Source: an uncultured Candidatus Rokubacteria bacterium
Lineage (GTDB): Bacteria; Methylomirabilota; Methylomirabilia; Rokubacteriales; CSP1-6
Length of the DNA: 64,000 nt
Direction: 5' to 3'
NCBI GenBank assembly: GCA_963754315.1
Contig: CAVWFS010000007.1
Location: 160,001 to 224,000, forward strand
In this document: in pieces, positions 40,007-49,417 of the stretch
How the letters are laid out: the number at the start of each line of letters is the position of its first letter
Position numbering within the stretch: the first letter of the stretch is position 1
Notes under the pieces: model-generated
What the model was told of the DNA's origin: nothing
Database searches by the model: none
The model's input: the letters and a program-made list of their open reading frames with translations, nothing else
Position numbers and translations under genes: made by a program

Positions 40007-42697
40007 TCAGCCACGGCTGCCCCCTCCCACCGCGTCGCGCTCCTTGATGCGAGCCTGCGCGGCCGACAGCCGCGCGATGGGGATCATGAAGGGTGAGCAC
40101 GACACGTAACTCATGCGCACGCGATGACAGAACTCCACCGAGGAGGGTTCCCCTCCGTGCTCGCCACAGATGCCGATCTTCAGATCGGCCCGGACCCGAC
40201 GTCCGCGCTCGATGCCGATGCGGATCAGCTCCCCCACCCCTTCCTGGTCGAGGACGGAGAACGGGTCGTTCGTCAAGAGTCCCTTGTCGAGGTAGTGGGG
40301 TAGGAACTTGCCCACGTCGTCCCGGCTGTAGCCGTACGTCATCTGGGTGAGGTCGTTCGTTCCGAAGGAGAAGAACTCCGCGTAGTGGGCCAACTGGTCG
40401 GCGATGAGGGCAGCGCGGGGGACCTCGATCATGGTGCCGATCAGATACTTCACCGGGACCCCCAGCTCCGCCATAACCCCGTCCGCCACCTTCTTCGTTG
40501 TTTCGAAGGTGAGCTTCATCTCCCCCACCGTTCCCGTGAGGGGGATCATGATCTCGGGCTCGACCTTCACCCCTTGCTCGGCCACCATGCAGGCGGCCTC
40601 CACGATGGCCCGAACCTGCATCCCGTAGATCTCGGGGAAGGTGATGCCGAGCCGGCAGCCGCGGTGCCCCAGCATGGGGTTGGCTTCCTGGAGCGAGCGT
40701 ACCTTGGCCATCACCTCTTCGAGCTTCTCCCGGGCTGGCGTGATGCCGCGCGCGTCGAGGCGCGCGTGTTCCTCCACCAGGTCCGTGTATTTCGGCAGGA
40801 ACTCGTGGAGGGGGGGATCGAGCAGACGAATGGTGACGGGCAGGCCGTCCATCGCCCGGAAGATGCCGATGAAATCCTCGCGTTGGAAGGGCAGGAGCTT
40901 GGCCACCGCCGCCCGCCGCGAGGCGGAATCGCTCGCCATGATCATCTCCCGCACGAGAGGAATGCGGTCGTTGGCGAAGAACATGTGCTCAGTCCGGACG
41001 AGCCCGATGCCCTCTGCCCCGAACTCGCGAGCCTTGCGGGCGTCATCGGGGGTGTCGGCGTTCGCGCGCACGCCGATCACGCGAGTGGTGTCGGCCCATC
41101 CCAGAAACTCCTGCACCTCGGGGGAGAGTTCGGGCGGCAAGAGCTTGACGGCGTCGAGCAAGACCTCGCCCGTGTCGCCGTCGAGGGCGATGATGTCACC
41201 CTCGCGCACGATGCGACCCGCCGCCTCGAAGGCATGCCTGTCCTCGTCGACCACGATGTCTCCGGCGCCTACCACGCACGACTTGCCCATGCCGACGGCC
41301 ACGACCGCCGCATGCGACGTACGTCCACCGCGAGCAGTGACAATGCCCTCGGCCGCGTACATCCCCGCGACGTCCTCGGGTGAGGTCTCGGGGCGGACGA
41401 GAATCACTTGCTGTCCGTCCTTGGCCCGCTCGACGGCCCGATCGGCATCGAAGACCACGTGGCCCACGGCCCCCCCGGGCGAGGCTGGGAGACCGCGAGC
41501 GAGCAAGCGGCCCTCGGCGAGGGCGCGCGCCTTGTCGTTCGGGTCGAGGGCAGGAAGGAACAGCTTGCCCAGCTCGCGTGAGGTCACCCGCAGGAGCGCC
41601 ATGTCCCGGTCGATCACGTGCTCGCGGACGAGATCCACCGCCACCCGAACGGCGGCACGCGCTGACCGTTTGCCTGCCCGCGTTTGCAGGAGGTAGAGCT
41701 TCGCCTCCTGAATGGTGAACTCGATATCCTGCATGTCCTTGTAGTGACGCTCTAGCCGGTCGGCGATGCCGAGCAGCTCGTCGTACACGGCTGGCATGCG
41801 GCGCTGGAGCCCGTCGATGTGCTCGGGCGTTCGGATGCCCGCCACCACATCTTCGCCCTGTGCGTTGGCCAAGAACTCGGCGTAGAAGTGCCGGTCGCCA
41901 GTGCGGGGGTCGCGAGTGAAGCCGACCCCCGTCCCCGACGTCTCGCCGAGATTCCCGAACACCATCGCCATGACGGTGACAGCCGTGCCCCAGTCGGCCG
42001 GGATCCCGTTGATGCGCCGGTATTCGATCGCTTTCTTCGCGAACCACGACTCGAAGACGGCGTTGATGGCCAGCCGGAGCTGCTCACGTGGGTCCTGTGG
42101 GAAGGGTGCGCCCGTCCGTTCTGCCACCAGATCCTTGTAGGTCTCGGCCAGCTTTCGCAACTCCTCGGCCGGTACGTCGGGATCGTTCGCTACGCCAAGG
42201 CGCCGTTTGACCGCCGATAGGGGTTCCTCGAACATGTCACGCTTGAGGTGGAGGACGACGTTGCCGTACATCGTGATGAAGCGTCGGTAGCAATCCCAGG
42301 CGAAGCGCTCGTTGCGGGTACGTGCGGCCAGTCCTTCCACGGTCCGATCGTTGAGACCGAGGTTGAGCACGGTCTCCATCATGCCCGGCATGGAGACACG
42401 CGCCCCGGAACGGACGGAGACGAGCAAGGGACGGTCGGGGTCACCGAAGCGCGCACTTGCGCTCGACTCGAGCTTCCCGAGGCTCTGGAGGACCTCCTCC
42501 CACAGGCCGTCCGGCTGCCGCTGGCCATCGCGGTTGTAGGCTACCCAGGCCTCGGTGGTGATCGTGAAGCCGGGCGGAACGGTGATGCCGAGATTGGTCA
42601 TCTCGGCCAGCTCACAGCCTTTGCCCCCCAGCAGATTGCGCATCAACGATGAGCCCTCGGCCTTGCCACCCCCAAAGGAATACACGAACTTGGTCAT
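40007..42697 (-). CDS. ppdK: Pyruvate, phosphate dikinase
   Basis: LGGKG, LVSVRSGA, GGRTSHAAVVA phospho-His motif, EGIGLVRTEHMF, SFGTNDLTQ, CGEHGG. ATG (MTKFVYSF). Confidence 0.98.
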   Translation of the reverse strand: MTKFVYSFGGGKAEGSSLMRNLLGGKGCELAEMTNLGITVPPGFTITTEAWVAYNRDGQRQPDGLWEEVLQSLGKLESSASARFGDPDRPLLVSVRSGARVSMPGMMETVLNLGLNDRTVEGLAARTRNERFAWDCYRRFITMYGNVVLHLKRDMFEEPLSAVKRRLGVANDPDVPAEELRKLAETYKDLVAERTGAPFPQDPREQLRLAINAVFESWFAKKAIEYRRINGIPADWGTAVTVMAMVFGNLGETSGTGVGFTRDPRTGDRHFYAEFLANAQGEDVVAGIRTPEHIDGLQRRMPAVYDELLGIADRLERHYKDMQDIEFTIQEAKLYLLQTRAGKRSARAAVRVAVDLVREHVIDRDMALLRVTSRELGKLFLPALDPNDKARALAEGRLLARGLPASPGGAVGHVVFDADRAVERAKDGQQVILVRPETSPEDVAGMYAAEGIVTARGGRTSHAAVVAVGMGKSCVVGAGDIVVDEDRHAFEAAGRIVREGDIIALDGDTGEVLLDAVKLLPPELSPEVQEFLGWADTTRVIGVRANADTPDDARKAREFGAEGIGLVRTEHMFFANDRIPLVREMIMASDSASRRAAVAKLLPFQREDFIGIFRAMDGLPVTIRLLDPPLHEFLPKYTDLVEEHARLDARGITPAREKLEEVMAKVRSLQEANPMLGHRGCRLGITFPEIYGMQVRAIVEAACMVAEQGVKVEPEIMIPLTGTVGEMKLTFETTKKVADGVMAELGVPVKYLIGTMIEVPRAALIADQLAHYAEFFSFGTNDLTQMTYGYSRDDVGKFLPHYLDKGLLTNDPFSVLDQEGVGELIRIGIERGRRVRADLKIGICGEHGGEPSSVEFCHRVRMSYVSCSPFMIPIARLSAAQARIKERDAVGGGSRG

Positions 42698-42747
42698 GGG
42701 TGTGTCTCTCCGTCTCCGATCCGTGCCAGGGAGAAAAAAGTCTTTGG

Positions 42748-42777
42748 ATTCTAGCGGATGGAGAGCACTACTGTCAA
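42748..42777 (-). promoter_or_regulatory. Sigma70-type promoter directly upstream of ppdK
   Basis: Minus strand TTGACA (42777-42772), 18 nt, TAGAAT (42753-42748). Confidence 0.7.
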
Positions 42778-42853
42778 CACTCTCACGACGTCCGTCCGCC
42801 ATCTGCCCGTCACTCCATGCCCAAGCCGCGTTAAGAAATGTCCATGCTGCGTC

Positions 42854-42891
42854 AAAAAACAAAGGGCCACGGTTCGAAGCCCGTGGCCCTT
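42854..42891 (-). terminator. Intrinsic terminator of the attenuator
   Basis: Minus strand AAGGGCCACGG-GCTTCGAA-CCGTGGCCCTT followed by TGTTTTTT. Confidence 0.88.
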
Positions 42892-42945
42892 CCTATCCTC
42901 GATTGCGCCACGGGCCTGGTTCCTGCCCGCAGCACCCGGCGTCGA

Positions 42946-43032
42946 CTAAGCCGCCGTTGCTCCGGGCAGGCCCGGCAGCGCCAGGGTAATTACTCCCAGC
43001 GACACCACGCGCGACGCTAACGACGCCTTCAT
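42946..43032 (-). CDS. Putative branched-chain amino-acid attenuator leader peptide (28 aa)
   Basis: MKASLASRVVSLGVITLALPGLPGATAA; 9 of 28 residues are Val/Ile/Leu, with AT-rich codons TTA, GTA and ATT. Followed by alternative hairpins and a terminator. Confidence 0.8.
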   Translation of the reverse strand: MKASLASRVVSLGVITLALPGLPGATAA

Positions 43033-43040
43033 TGTTCGAG

Positions 43041-43070
43041 ACTATACGCCCTCGCCGCGGGCACCGTCAA
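43041..43070 (-). promoter_or_regulatory. Sigma70-type promoter of the leader peptide
   Basis: Minus strand TTGACG (43070-43065), 18 nt, TATAGT (43046-43041), 8 nt before the leader ATG. Confidence 0.7.
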
Positions 43071-43857
43071 CCTCTCCGCCGTGCTCACTGCGCGGCCGAC
43101 GCCGTCCCGGACCTTCGGCCGCGAGGACTAACGCCTCGACCGCCACCAAATGATCGCGCATGGCCTCCTCGGCGGCAGCCACGTCACGCCGCGCGACAGC
43201 GGCGAGGATGCGTCGGTGATCTTCGTGCGAGCGCTGCGGTCGGCCCGCCGTATTCAACGATTCCTCTCGACTCTGTCGAAGGAGGTCCATCACCGCGTGG
43301 GCGATGCGGGTGATGGCTTCGTTGTGAGCGGCCCGTCCGATGGCCGCGTGAAAATCGGCATCCTGGGCGAGCCCGGTGCGGCCCGCGGCAATCTCCTCCG
43401 CCTGCGCCTCGAGAATACGCTCCATCTCCTGGATTTCGTCCGGAGTGGCCCGGCTGGCCGCGAGGCCGGCGATGGCCGGCTCTAGCAGCCGGCGGGCCTC
43501 GAACAGCTCCGCCAATGCTTCGCGCTGCGACGCCATGACGAGGGCGAGCGGCTCCACCAGCCGGTCGACGGATGCCTCGCGGATGAAGGTTCCCTCCCCT
43601 GGTCGGATCTCGACGAGGCCGAGGCTCTCCAGCGACCGCAATGCCTCGCGAACCGAGGTGCGGCTCACCAGGAACTTTTCGGCCAACTCGCGCTCGGGGG
43701 GCAGCCGGTCACCGCTGACAAGGCGCCCCTCGGCGATCATCGTTTTGATCTGGCGGACGATTTCCTCGTAGATGCGCGTCGAGCGCACCGGCGCCAGATG
43801 CACAAGACGCTCGCCTTCGCGTGGGGACTCACCGCCGGCGCGACGCTCGGTCGTCAT
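43042..43857 (-). CDS. GntR family, FadR subfamily transcriptional regulator
   Basis: wHTH GDRLPPERELAEKFLVSRTSVREAL and an FCD domain (ELFEARRLLE, DADFH, EDHRRI). Confidence 0.93.
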   Translation of the reverse strand: MTTERRAGGESPREGERLVHLAPVRSTRIYEEIVRQIKTMIAEGRLVSGDRLPPERELAEKFLVSRTSVREALRSLESLGLVEIRPGEGTFIREASVDRLVEPLALVMASQREALAELFEARRLLEPAIAGLAASRATPDEIQEMERILEAQAEEIAAGRTGLAQDADFHAAIGRAAHNEAITRIAHAVMDLLRQSREESLNTAGRPQRSHEDHRRILAAVARRDVAAAEEAMRDHLVAVEALVLAAEGPGRRRPRSEHGGEVDGARGEGV

Positions 43858-43906
43858 CACGGGCACCCGCCGCGGGGCAGGATGAGCCGCAGCACGGCAG
43901 GCGGCC

Positions 43907-45424
43907 TCAGGTCTCCCGCAGCGAGGGGGAGGCAACCCTCCCGCGTCGGGCATGCCACCATGGCGTGATAACAGGTAGCACGAAGAAGAAGATCGCGAGT
44001 GCAGTGATGAGGCCGGCCAGGGGTCGCGTGACGAAGATGGCCAGGGAGCCCTGGGACATGATCAGACTTTGCCGGAGCGCATTCTCTGCGAGGTCACCCA
44101 GGACCAGGGCCAGCACCAGCGGTGCCAGCGGATAGTCGAGCTTCTTGAAGACGTATCCGATCACGCCGAAGATCAGCATGTACCACACGTCGATCATGCT
44201 GCTGTGGACGGCATAGGCGCCAATGGCGCAGATTACCACGATCAGCGGAGTGAGGATGGCGAAGGGCACGCGCAGGATGCTTGCGAAGAAGGGCACGAAG
44301 GTGAGGACCATGAGCACGCCGATGATGTTCCCGGTATACATGCTCGCGATCAGCCCCCACACGAATTCGGGCTGTTCTTTGAAGAGGAGCGGCCCTGGTT
44401 GCAAGCCCCAGATGATCAGGCCGCCCAGCATGACGGCTGCCGTGGGGGAGCCCGGGATGCCGAGCGTGATCATGGGCAGCATGGCCGCGACCCCCGCCGC
44501 GTGGGCGGCCGTCTCGGGCGCCACCACCCCTTCCAGCTCGCCGTGACCGAACCGCTCGGGGTGGCGGGAGAACCGTTTGGCGAACGCGTAGCTCATGAAG
44601 GAGGCCGGAGTGGCACCGCCCGGCTTGAAGCCCATCCAGAAGCCAATGAAGGCACCGCGCACGAAGGTTCGCGCGTAACGCGGGAGCACTTTCCACGTAT
44701 CCAGGACGACGCGCAAGTTCATGCCGGCGCGCGCGCCCTGAAATCGCAACCCCTCCTCGACGGAGAGCAGGATCTCGCCGATGCCGAACAACCCGATCAC
44801 CGCCACCACGAAATCGAAGCCCTTCATGAGGTCGGTGATGCCGAAGGTCAGGCGTAGCTGGCCGGTGACAATGTCGAGGCCCACGGTGGCCAGGATGAAG
44901 CCGAGGAGGATCGACACGAAGGACTTGAGCGGATTTCCCCCGCCGAGGCCGATGAAGCTCGAGAAGGTCAAGAGCTGGATGGCGAAAAACTCGGGCGGGC
45001 CGAACTTCAGGGCGAGCTCGGCCAGGAGGGGTGCGAAGAAGGTGATGAGCACGATCGAGAAGAAGGCCCCCACGAACGACGAGGTGAAGGCGGCGGTCAG
45101 AGCTTGCCCCCCCTGCCCCTGACGGGCGAGCGGATAGCCGTCGAAGGTCGTGGCCACCGACCACGGCTCGCCAGGAATGTTGAAGAGCACCGAGGTGATG
45201 GCGCCGCCGAAGAGGGCGCCCCAGTAGATCGACGTTAGCAGGATGATGGCCGAGGTGGGCGGCATGGTGAAGGTCAACGGCAGCAGAATGGCTACTCCGT
45301 TGGCGCCCCCCAGACCCGGAAGCACTCCGATGACCGTCCCCAAGAACACGCCGAGTACGGCCACCATGAGATTGAACGGGGTGATGGCGACGGAGAAACC
45401 GAGGCCGAGGTTCTCGAGGCCCAT
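43907..45424 (-). CDS. tctA: Tripartite tricarboxylate transporter large permease
   Basis: GVLPGLGG, GGAITSVLFNIPGE, TLGIPGS, GLQPGPLLF. Confidence 0.94.
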   Translation of the reverse strand: MGLENLGLGFSVAITPFNLMVAVLGVFLGTVIGVLPGLGGANGVAILLPLTFTMPPTSAIILLTSIYWGALFGGAITSVLFNIPGEPWSVATTFDGYPLARQGQGGQALTAAFTSSFVGAFFSIVLITFFAPLLAELALKFGPPEFFAIQLLTFSSFIGLGGGNPLKSFVSILLGFILATVGLDIVTGQLRLTFGITDLMKGFDFVVAVIGLFGIGEILLSVEEGLRFQGARAGMNLRVVLDTWKVLPRYARTFVRGAFIGFWMGFKPGGATPASFMSYAFAKRFSRHPERFGHGELEGVVAPETAAHAAGVAAMLPMITLGIPGSPTAAVMLGGLIIWGLQPGPLLFKEQPEFVWGLIASMYTGNIIGVLMVLTFVPFFASILRVPFAILTPLIVVICAIGAYAVHSSMIDVWYMLIFGVIGYVFKKLDYPLAPLVLALVLGDLAENALRQSLIMSQGSLAIFVTRPLAGLITALAIFFFVLPVITPWWHARRGRVASPSLRET

Positions 45425-45427
45425 CCC

Positions 45428-45889
45428 TCAGTACCCCAGCCAGAATTCCAGCGGCCCTTTGGGCATGGGGACCAGGAACCACCGCTCGAAGATCAGGAAG
45501 GCCACGACCGTGGTACCGAGGGCACAGCCGAGGATCGCGGGCCACGAGTGGCGGCCGATCCAGCGCATGTAGACCGCGATGTACAGGGCGGCGGAGACGT
45601 AGAGACCGAGCCACTGCATGAGCAGCACGAGGCTGAGGGCCGGGAGGAGAACCTTGAGAACGGAGCCGAGTCTGGCCCGGCTGACGAAGGGTTTCGACGA
45701 CGCGTGCACCAGGGTCTGGACCACGATGGCGGCGCACGCGCCGAGGAGCAGGAGGGCGAGCCAGAAGGGGAAGAAGCCGCTCTGGGGGCCATCGGTGCCC
45801 CAACCGATGCCGAGGCGGACGGCGTCGGTTAGCACGACGCCGCCCACCAGCATCAGCAGCGAGGCGGTGATCAGGTCGGCAACGCGCAT
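45428..45889 (-). CDS. tctB: Tripartite tricarboxylate transporter small membrane subunit
   Basis: GPQSGFFP, about 4 TM segments, VPMPKGP; lies between tctC and tctA. Confidence 0.92.
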   Translation of the reverse strand: MRVADLITASLLMLVGGVVLTDAVRLGIGWGTDGPQSGFFPFWLALLLLGACAAIVVQTLVHASSKPFVSRARLGSVLKVLLPALSLVLLMQWLGLYVSAALYIAVYMRWIGRHSWPAILGCALGTTVVAFLIFERWFLVPMPKGPLEFWLGY

Positions 45890-46870
45890 CTACTTCTTCA
45901 GCAGGCCGCCTTTTGTCATCAGATCCTTGTGGAGCTGCTCGGCGCCCTCCACCCACTTCACGTACTCGGGCCCGCTGGTGAAGGCTCCCTTGAGTGCTCC
46001 CTTGTGGAGGTAGTCCTGGAACTCCGGGGTGTCGTAGACCTTCTTGAGAAAGTCGATGTACCAATCCACCGCATCCTTGGGCATGTCGGGGGGGCCGAAG
46101 ATCCCGCGGAGCATTTGATACTGGATGTCGATCCCGAGCGCCTCCTTGACGGTCGGGATGTCCTTCCAGTCGGCGTCGGGGATGCGTTCGGGATCGAACA
46201 CGGCGAGCGGGCGGACCCGGCCTCCCTTCCAGTGGCTCACGCACTCGATGGGATTGTTCACGGTGGAGTCGACGTGCTTGCCCACTAGGTTGACGCAGAC
46301 TTCGCCACCGCCCTTGAACGGCACGTAGGTGAACTTGCCCCCCAGCCCCTGCTCGAGCTGGATGGTGATGATCTGGTCTTCTTGGGCGGAGCCCGTCCCC
46401 GCCATCTTCATGCGGTTGTCGCCGCCGGATCGCTCCTTGACGGCCGCGACGTACTCTTTGGCCGTCTTGTACGGCGTCTCCGCATTGACCCACAGGATGA
46501 ACCGGTCCAGGGCCAGCCGCGCGATCGGCGTCAAATCACGCCAGTTGAAGGGCACTCCGGTATGCAGCGGGGTCGTAAAGAGATTCGACAGGGTGATGAT
46601 GATTGTGTGGGCGTCGCCCTTCTTCCCCTTGACGTACAGAAAGCCCTCCGCCCCCGCGCCGCCGGACTTGTTGACCACGATGATGGGCCGGGGCGAGAGC
46701 TTGTGCTTTTCGGCGATGCCGGCAATGAGGCGTGCCATTTGATCGGCGCCGCCCCCCGTGCCAGCGGGGACCACGAACTCGATGGGTCGGGTCGGTTCCC
46801 AGGCCTGGGCCGGCATGACCCCGCCGAGCAGCGCCCACACGAACAGGCTGACGAGTGCAGTCAATCGCAT
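45890..46870 (-). CDS. tctC: Tripartite tricarboxylate transporter substrate-binding protein (Bug/TctC)
   Basis: Signal peptide, PTRPIEFVVPAGTGGGADQMAR, VNKSGGAG, YVPFKGGGE. ATG at 46870 after a GAGGAGG SD. Confidence 0.93.
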   Translation of the reverse strand: MRLTALVSLFVWALLGGVMPAQAWEPTRPIEFVVPAGTGGGADQMARLIAGIAEKHKLSPRPIIVVNKSGGAGAEGFLYVKGKKGDAHTIIITLSNLFTTPLHTGVPFNWRDLTPIARLALDRFILWVNAETPYKTAKEYVAAVKERSGGDNRMKMAGTGSAQEDQIITIQLEQGLGGKFTYVPFKGGGEVCVNLVGKHVDSTVNNPIECVSHWKGGRVRPLAVFDPERIPDADWKDIPTVKEALGIDIQYQMLRGIFGPPDMPKDAVDWYIDFLKKVYDTPEFQDYLHKGALKGAFTSGPEYVKWVEGAEQLHKDLMTKGGLLKK

Positions 46871-47116
46871 TCGCCGATCCTCCTCTCCAGTGAGAAAGAA
46901 CTCGAGCATTGAACGACGCGCGGGCAGGCACAGTTCCGCCTTTGTTCGTGACTGCAGCTGCAAGACGCTTGCCGCCGACCCCGTGCTCCTCGCCGCCCGG
47001 TTTACCGAGAAGCAGCGAACGCAGTGGGAGCGCCCGGAAAACCCGGACGCTCCCTCGCACGAACAGCTTGGATACCTCCGTGGGGTCTAATCCCCGGCGG
47101 GGGCCGGAGTTTTTCC

Positions 47117-48151
47117 TTACTGCCGATTCAGGGCCGCCCGGGTCGCCTCAGACCTGCGGAAGGGAATGACGGCCGGAATCTCCCACTTCTCCCACATCTC
47201 GTCGACCTTGGCCTGAAAATAGGCCAGGTCTTCCTCCGTGAAGTGGGCGAAGCGCCCCTGCTTCAGCAGGTACTCGCGGACGGGCTTCCGGGCGCGCCCT
47301 TCGACCAGGGCCTTGGTCTTGCCGTAGTACTTCAGCACTCCATCCTCGACCTCGTAGAGGGGGAAGATGCCCGTCTCGATCGCCAGCTCCCCCAGCTCGT
47401 GCGAGAGCATGGGGTCGTAGTCCCAGCCCTTCGGACACGGATCGAGCGAGTGAATGAAGGTCGGGCCTCCGATGCTCAGCGCGCGGCGGACCTTGTTCAT
47501 CATTTCCACTGCATAGGAGGCACACACGGTGGCCACGTACCGGCACTCCGGATGGCCAGCGGCCATCATGCCGGCCATGTTCTTCTTCCAACGGGTATGA
47601 ATGAGGCGCTTCACGACGCCGGGTGGGCTGAAGGTCGTGTTGGCGCCATAGGGAGTCATGCCGGACAGCTGGATGTCCGTGTTGGCGTACGACTCGTTGT
47701 CGTAGAGCAGGATGAGGCTGTTGAACTCCTTGTGAGTCAAAGTGGCCGAGATGCCGTTGAGGCCCATGTCAGCCCCGCCCCCGTCGCCGCAGAAGGCAAT
47801 GACGTTGATGGGTTCGGCCTTCATCTTGCCCTTCGACATGAGCGCCTTGAGGCCCGCCGCCGTGCCCAGCGCCGCCGAGCCCGACGAGCCGAGCTGAGTG
47901 TGCATCCACGGCACCACCCAGGGCGTCGTGTAGTAGGTCGTGTTGGCCACGTACATGCACCCGGTCGAGCCGAGCACGATCGTGCGCGGCCCGGCCGCCT
48001 TCACCATGAGCTTCATGACGAGGGCCGACTCGCAGCCCTGGCAGGTCCGGTGCCCTGACGTGAAGTACTCCTCGATAGTGACCTTCTTGATACCCCGGAA
48101 CGGCTCGAGGATCTGGGTGGCGTTCGGGAACGTCGTCGTCGTGTCGGCCAT
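47117..48151 (-). CDS. 2-oxoacid:ferredoxin oxidoreductase beta subunit, oxalate-oxidoreductase-like
   Basis: GHRTCQGC, TGCMYVANT, GDGG..DNESYANT TPP motif, TPYGANTTF, PCPKGW. Confidence 0.88.
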   Translation of the reverse strand: MADTTTTFPNATQILEPFRGIKKVTIEEYFTSGHRTCQGCESALVMKLMVKAAGPRTIVLGSTGCMYVANTTYYTTPWVVPWMHTQLGSSGSAALGTAAGLKALMSKGKMKAEPINVIAFCGDGGGADMGLNGISATLTHKEFNSLILLYDNESYANTDIQLSGMTPYGANTTFSPPGVVKRLIHTRWKKNMAGMMAAGHPECRYVATVCASYAVEMMNKVRRALSIGGPTFIHSLDPCPKGWDYDPMLSHELGELAIETGIFPLYEVEDGVLKYYGKTKALVEGRARKPVREYLLKQGRFAHFTEEDLAYFQAKVDEMWEKWEIPAVIPFRRSEATRAALNRQ

Positions 48152-48162
48152 AGGTGTTTCTC

Positions 48163-49393
48163 CTATTCGCGGACGCCAAGCCAATGGGTCTTGGTGTCGG
48201 ACTTCCCGGAGTTCGCGGCACTGTAACACAGCTCCGTGGCCCGGTAGACATCCTCGAGCGTCACTTCCCGTCCGCCCAGGCCACCGATGAAGCTGAGCAG
48301 CGGAGGGCGTCGGGCCGCGTTGTACAGCGAGGCCCGGATTTCATTGGCCACCACGCCCGAGTTGAAGGGTGAGCCGAAGGAGTAGTCGCGATCGATGACC
48401 CCGATGGCCTGGGCACGGGAGAGGGCGGCCACGAGCTTGTCCGTCGGGAAGGGCCGGAACCAGCGCAGGCGCACCAGCCCCACCTTCTTGCCCTGGGCGC
48501 GCATGGTGCGGATGCCCGACCTTGATGGGCAGCGAGATGGTGCCCATTCCCACCAGGATGATCTCCGCGTCGTCCGTCATGTACTCCTCGAACCACGGAT
48601 TCTCGGGGCCACGGCCGAACACGCGACGGAAGTCCACGTAGGCTTCCTCGATGACCGTGGAGGCGCGCTTCATGGCCTCGTCGTTCTGACGTCGGATCTC
48701 GATGACCCAGTCTTCGTTGGCCTGCGGGGCCACCGTGATCGGGTTGTCGGGGTGGAGCAGCAGGTCGCCGCGGTCATAGCGCGGCAGGAACTGATCGACC
48801 TTCGCCTTGGGAGGGACGAGGGTCAGAGCCTGCGAGTGGGTCAGGAAGGCTCCGTCGGCCGAGATGGCCAGCGGCAGGAACACGCGCCGGTCCTCGGCCA
48901 CCCGATAGGCGATGAGCGTGGTGTCGAGGGCCTCCTGCGAGGTGTCGATCCACACCAGCATCCAACCAAGGTCGCGCACGAACAGCGCGTCGTTATGCTC
49001 GACGCCGAACGCGCCAGGATCGTCCAGCGCGCGGTTTCCGACCAGGGCCACCATGGGCACGCGCAGGGGCGGCGTCACCACCAAGCATTCCATGGCGTAG
49101 GCCCAGCCCACGCCCGAAGACCCGCAGAAGACGCGCGCCCCTACCGTGGAGGCGTGCTTGACGATCTCGAACTGGCTGTGCTCGCCCTCGGCCACGATGT
49201 ACTCGGCCACGAGCTGGCCGTTGGAGATCTTCTTGGCGATGGCCTGCATGACCGTGTCATAGGGCCGGATCGGATACGCCGTGACCACGTCGAGATCGGC
49301 GAGGACGAGGGCTTCCGCGACGGCCTCGCTGCCGGATATGAGAAGCTCTTTGTCCTCGGTGGCGGCCGCCGCCGCCGTCGTTACCGTTGCCAT
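48163..49393 (-). CDS. 2-oxoacid:ferredoxin oxidoreductase alpha subunit, OOR-like; +1 frameshift near 48516
   Basis: YPIRPY, EGEHSQ, SSGVG, NRALD. The C-terminal part RWFRPFP..GLGGR is in another frame. Span is 1231 nt (3n+1). Confidence 0.87.
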
Positions 49394-49417
49394 GTATCGG
49401 TCTCCTCCCTGGCTCGG

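Noticed and set aside
44094..46493. Long alternative-frame and antisense ORFs (799 aa here; also 48395-50428, 35972-37450, 29112-30587)
   Set aside because: They are shadows of well-supported genes in high-GC DNA and have no recognisable motifs.
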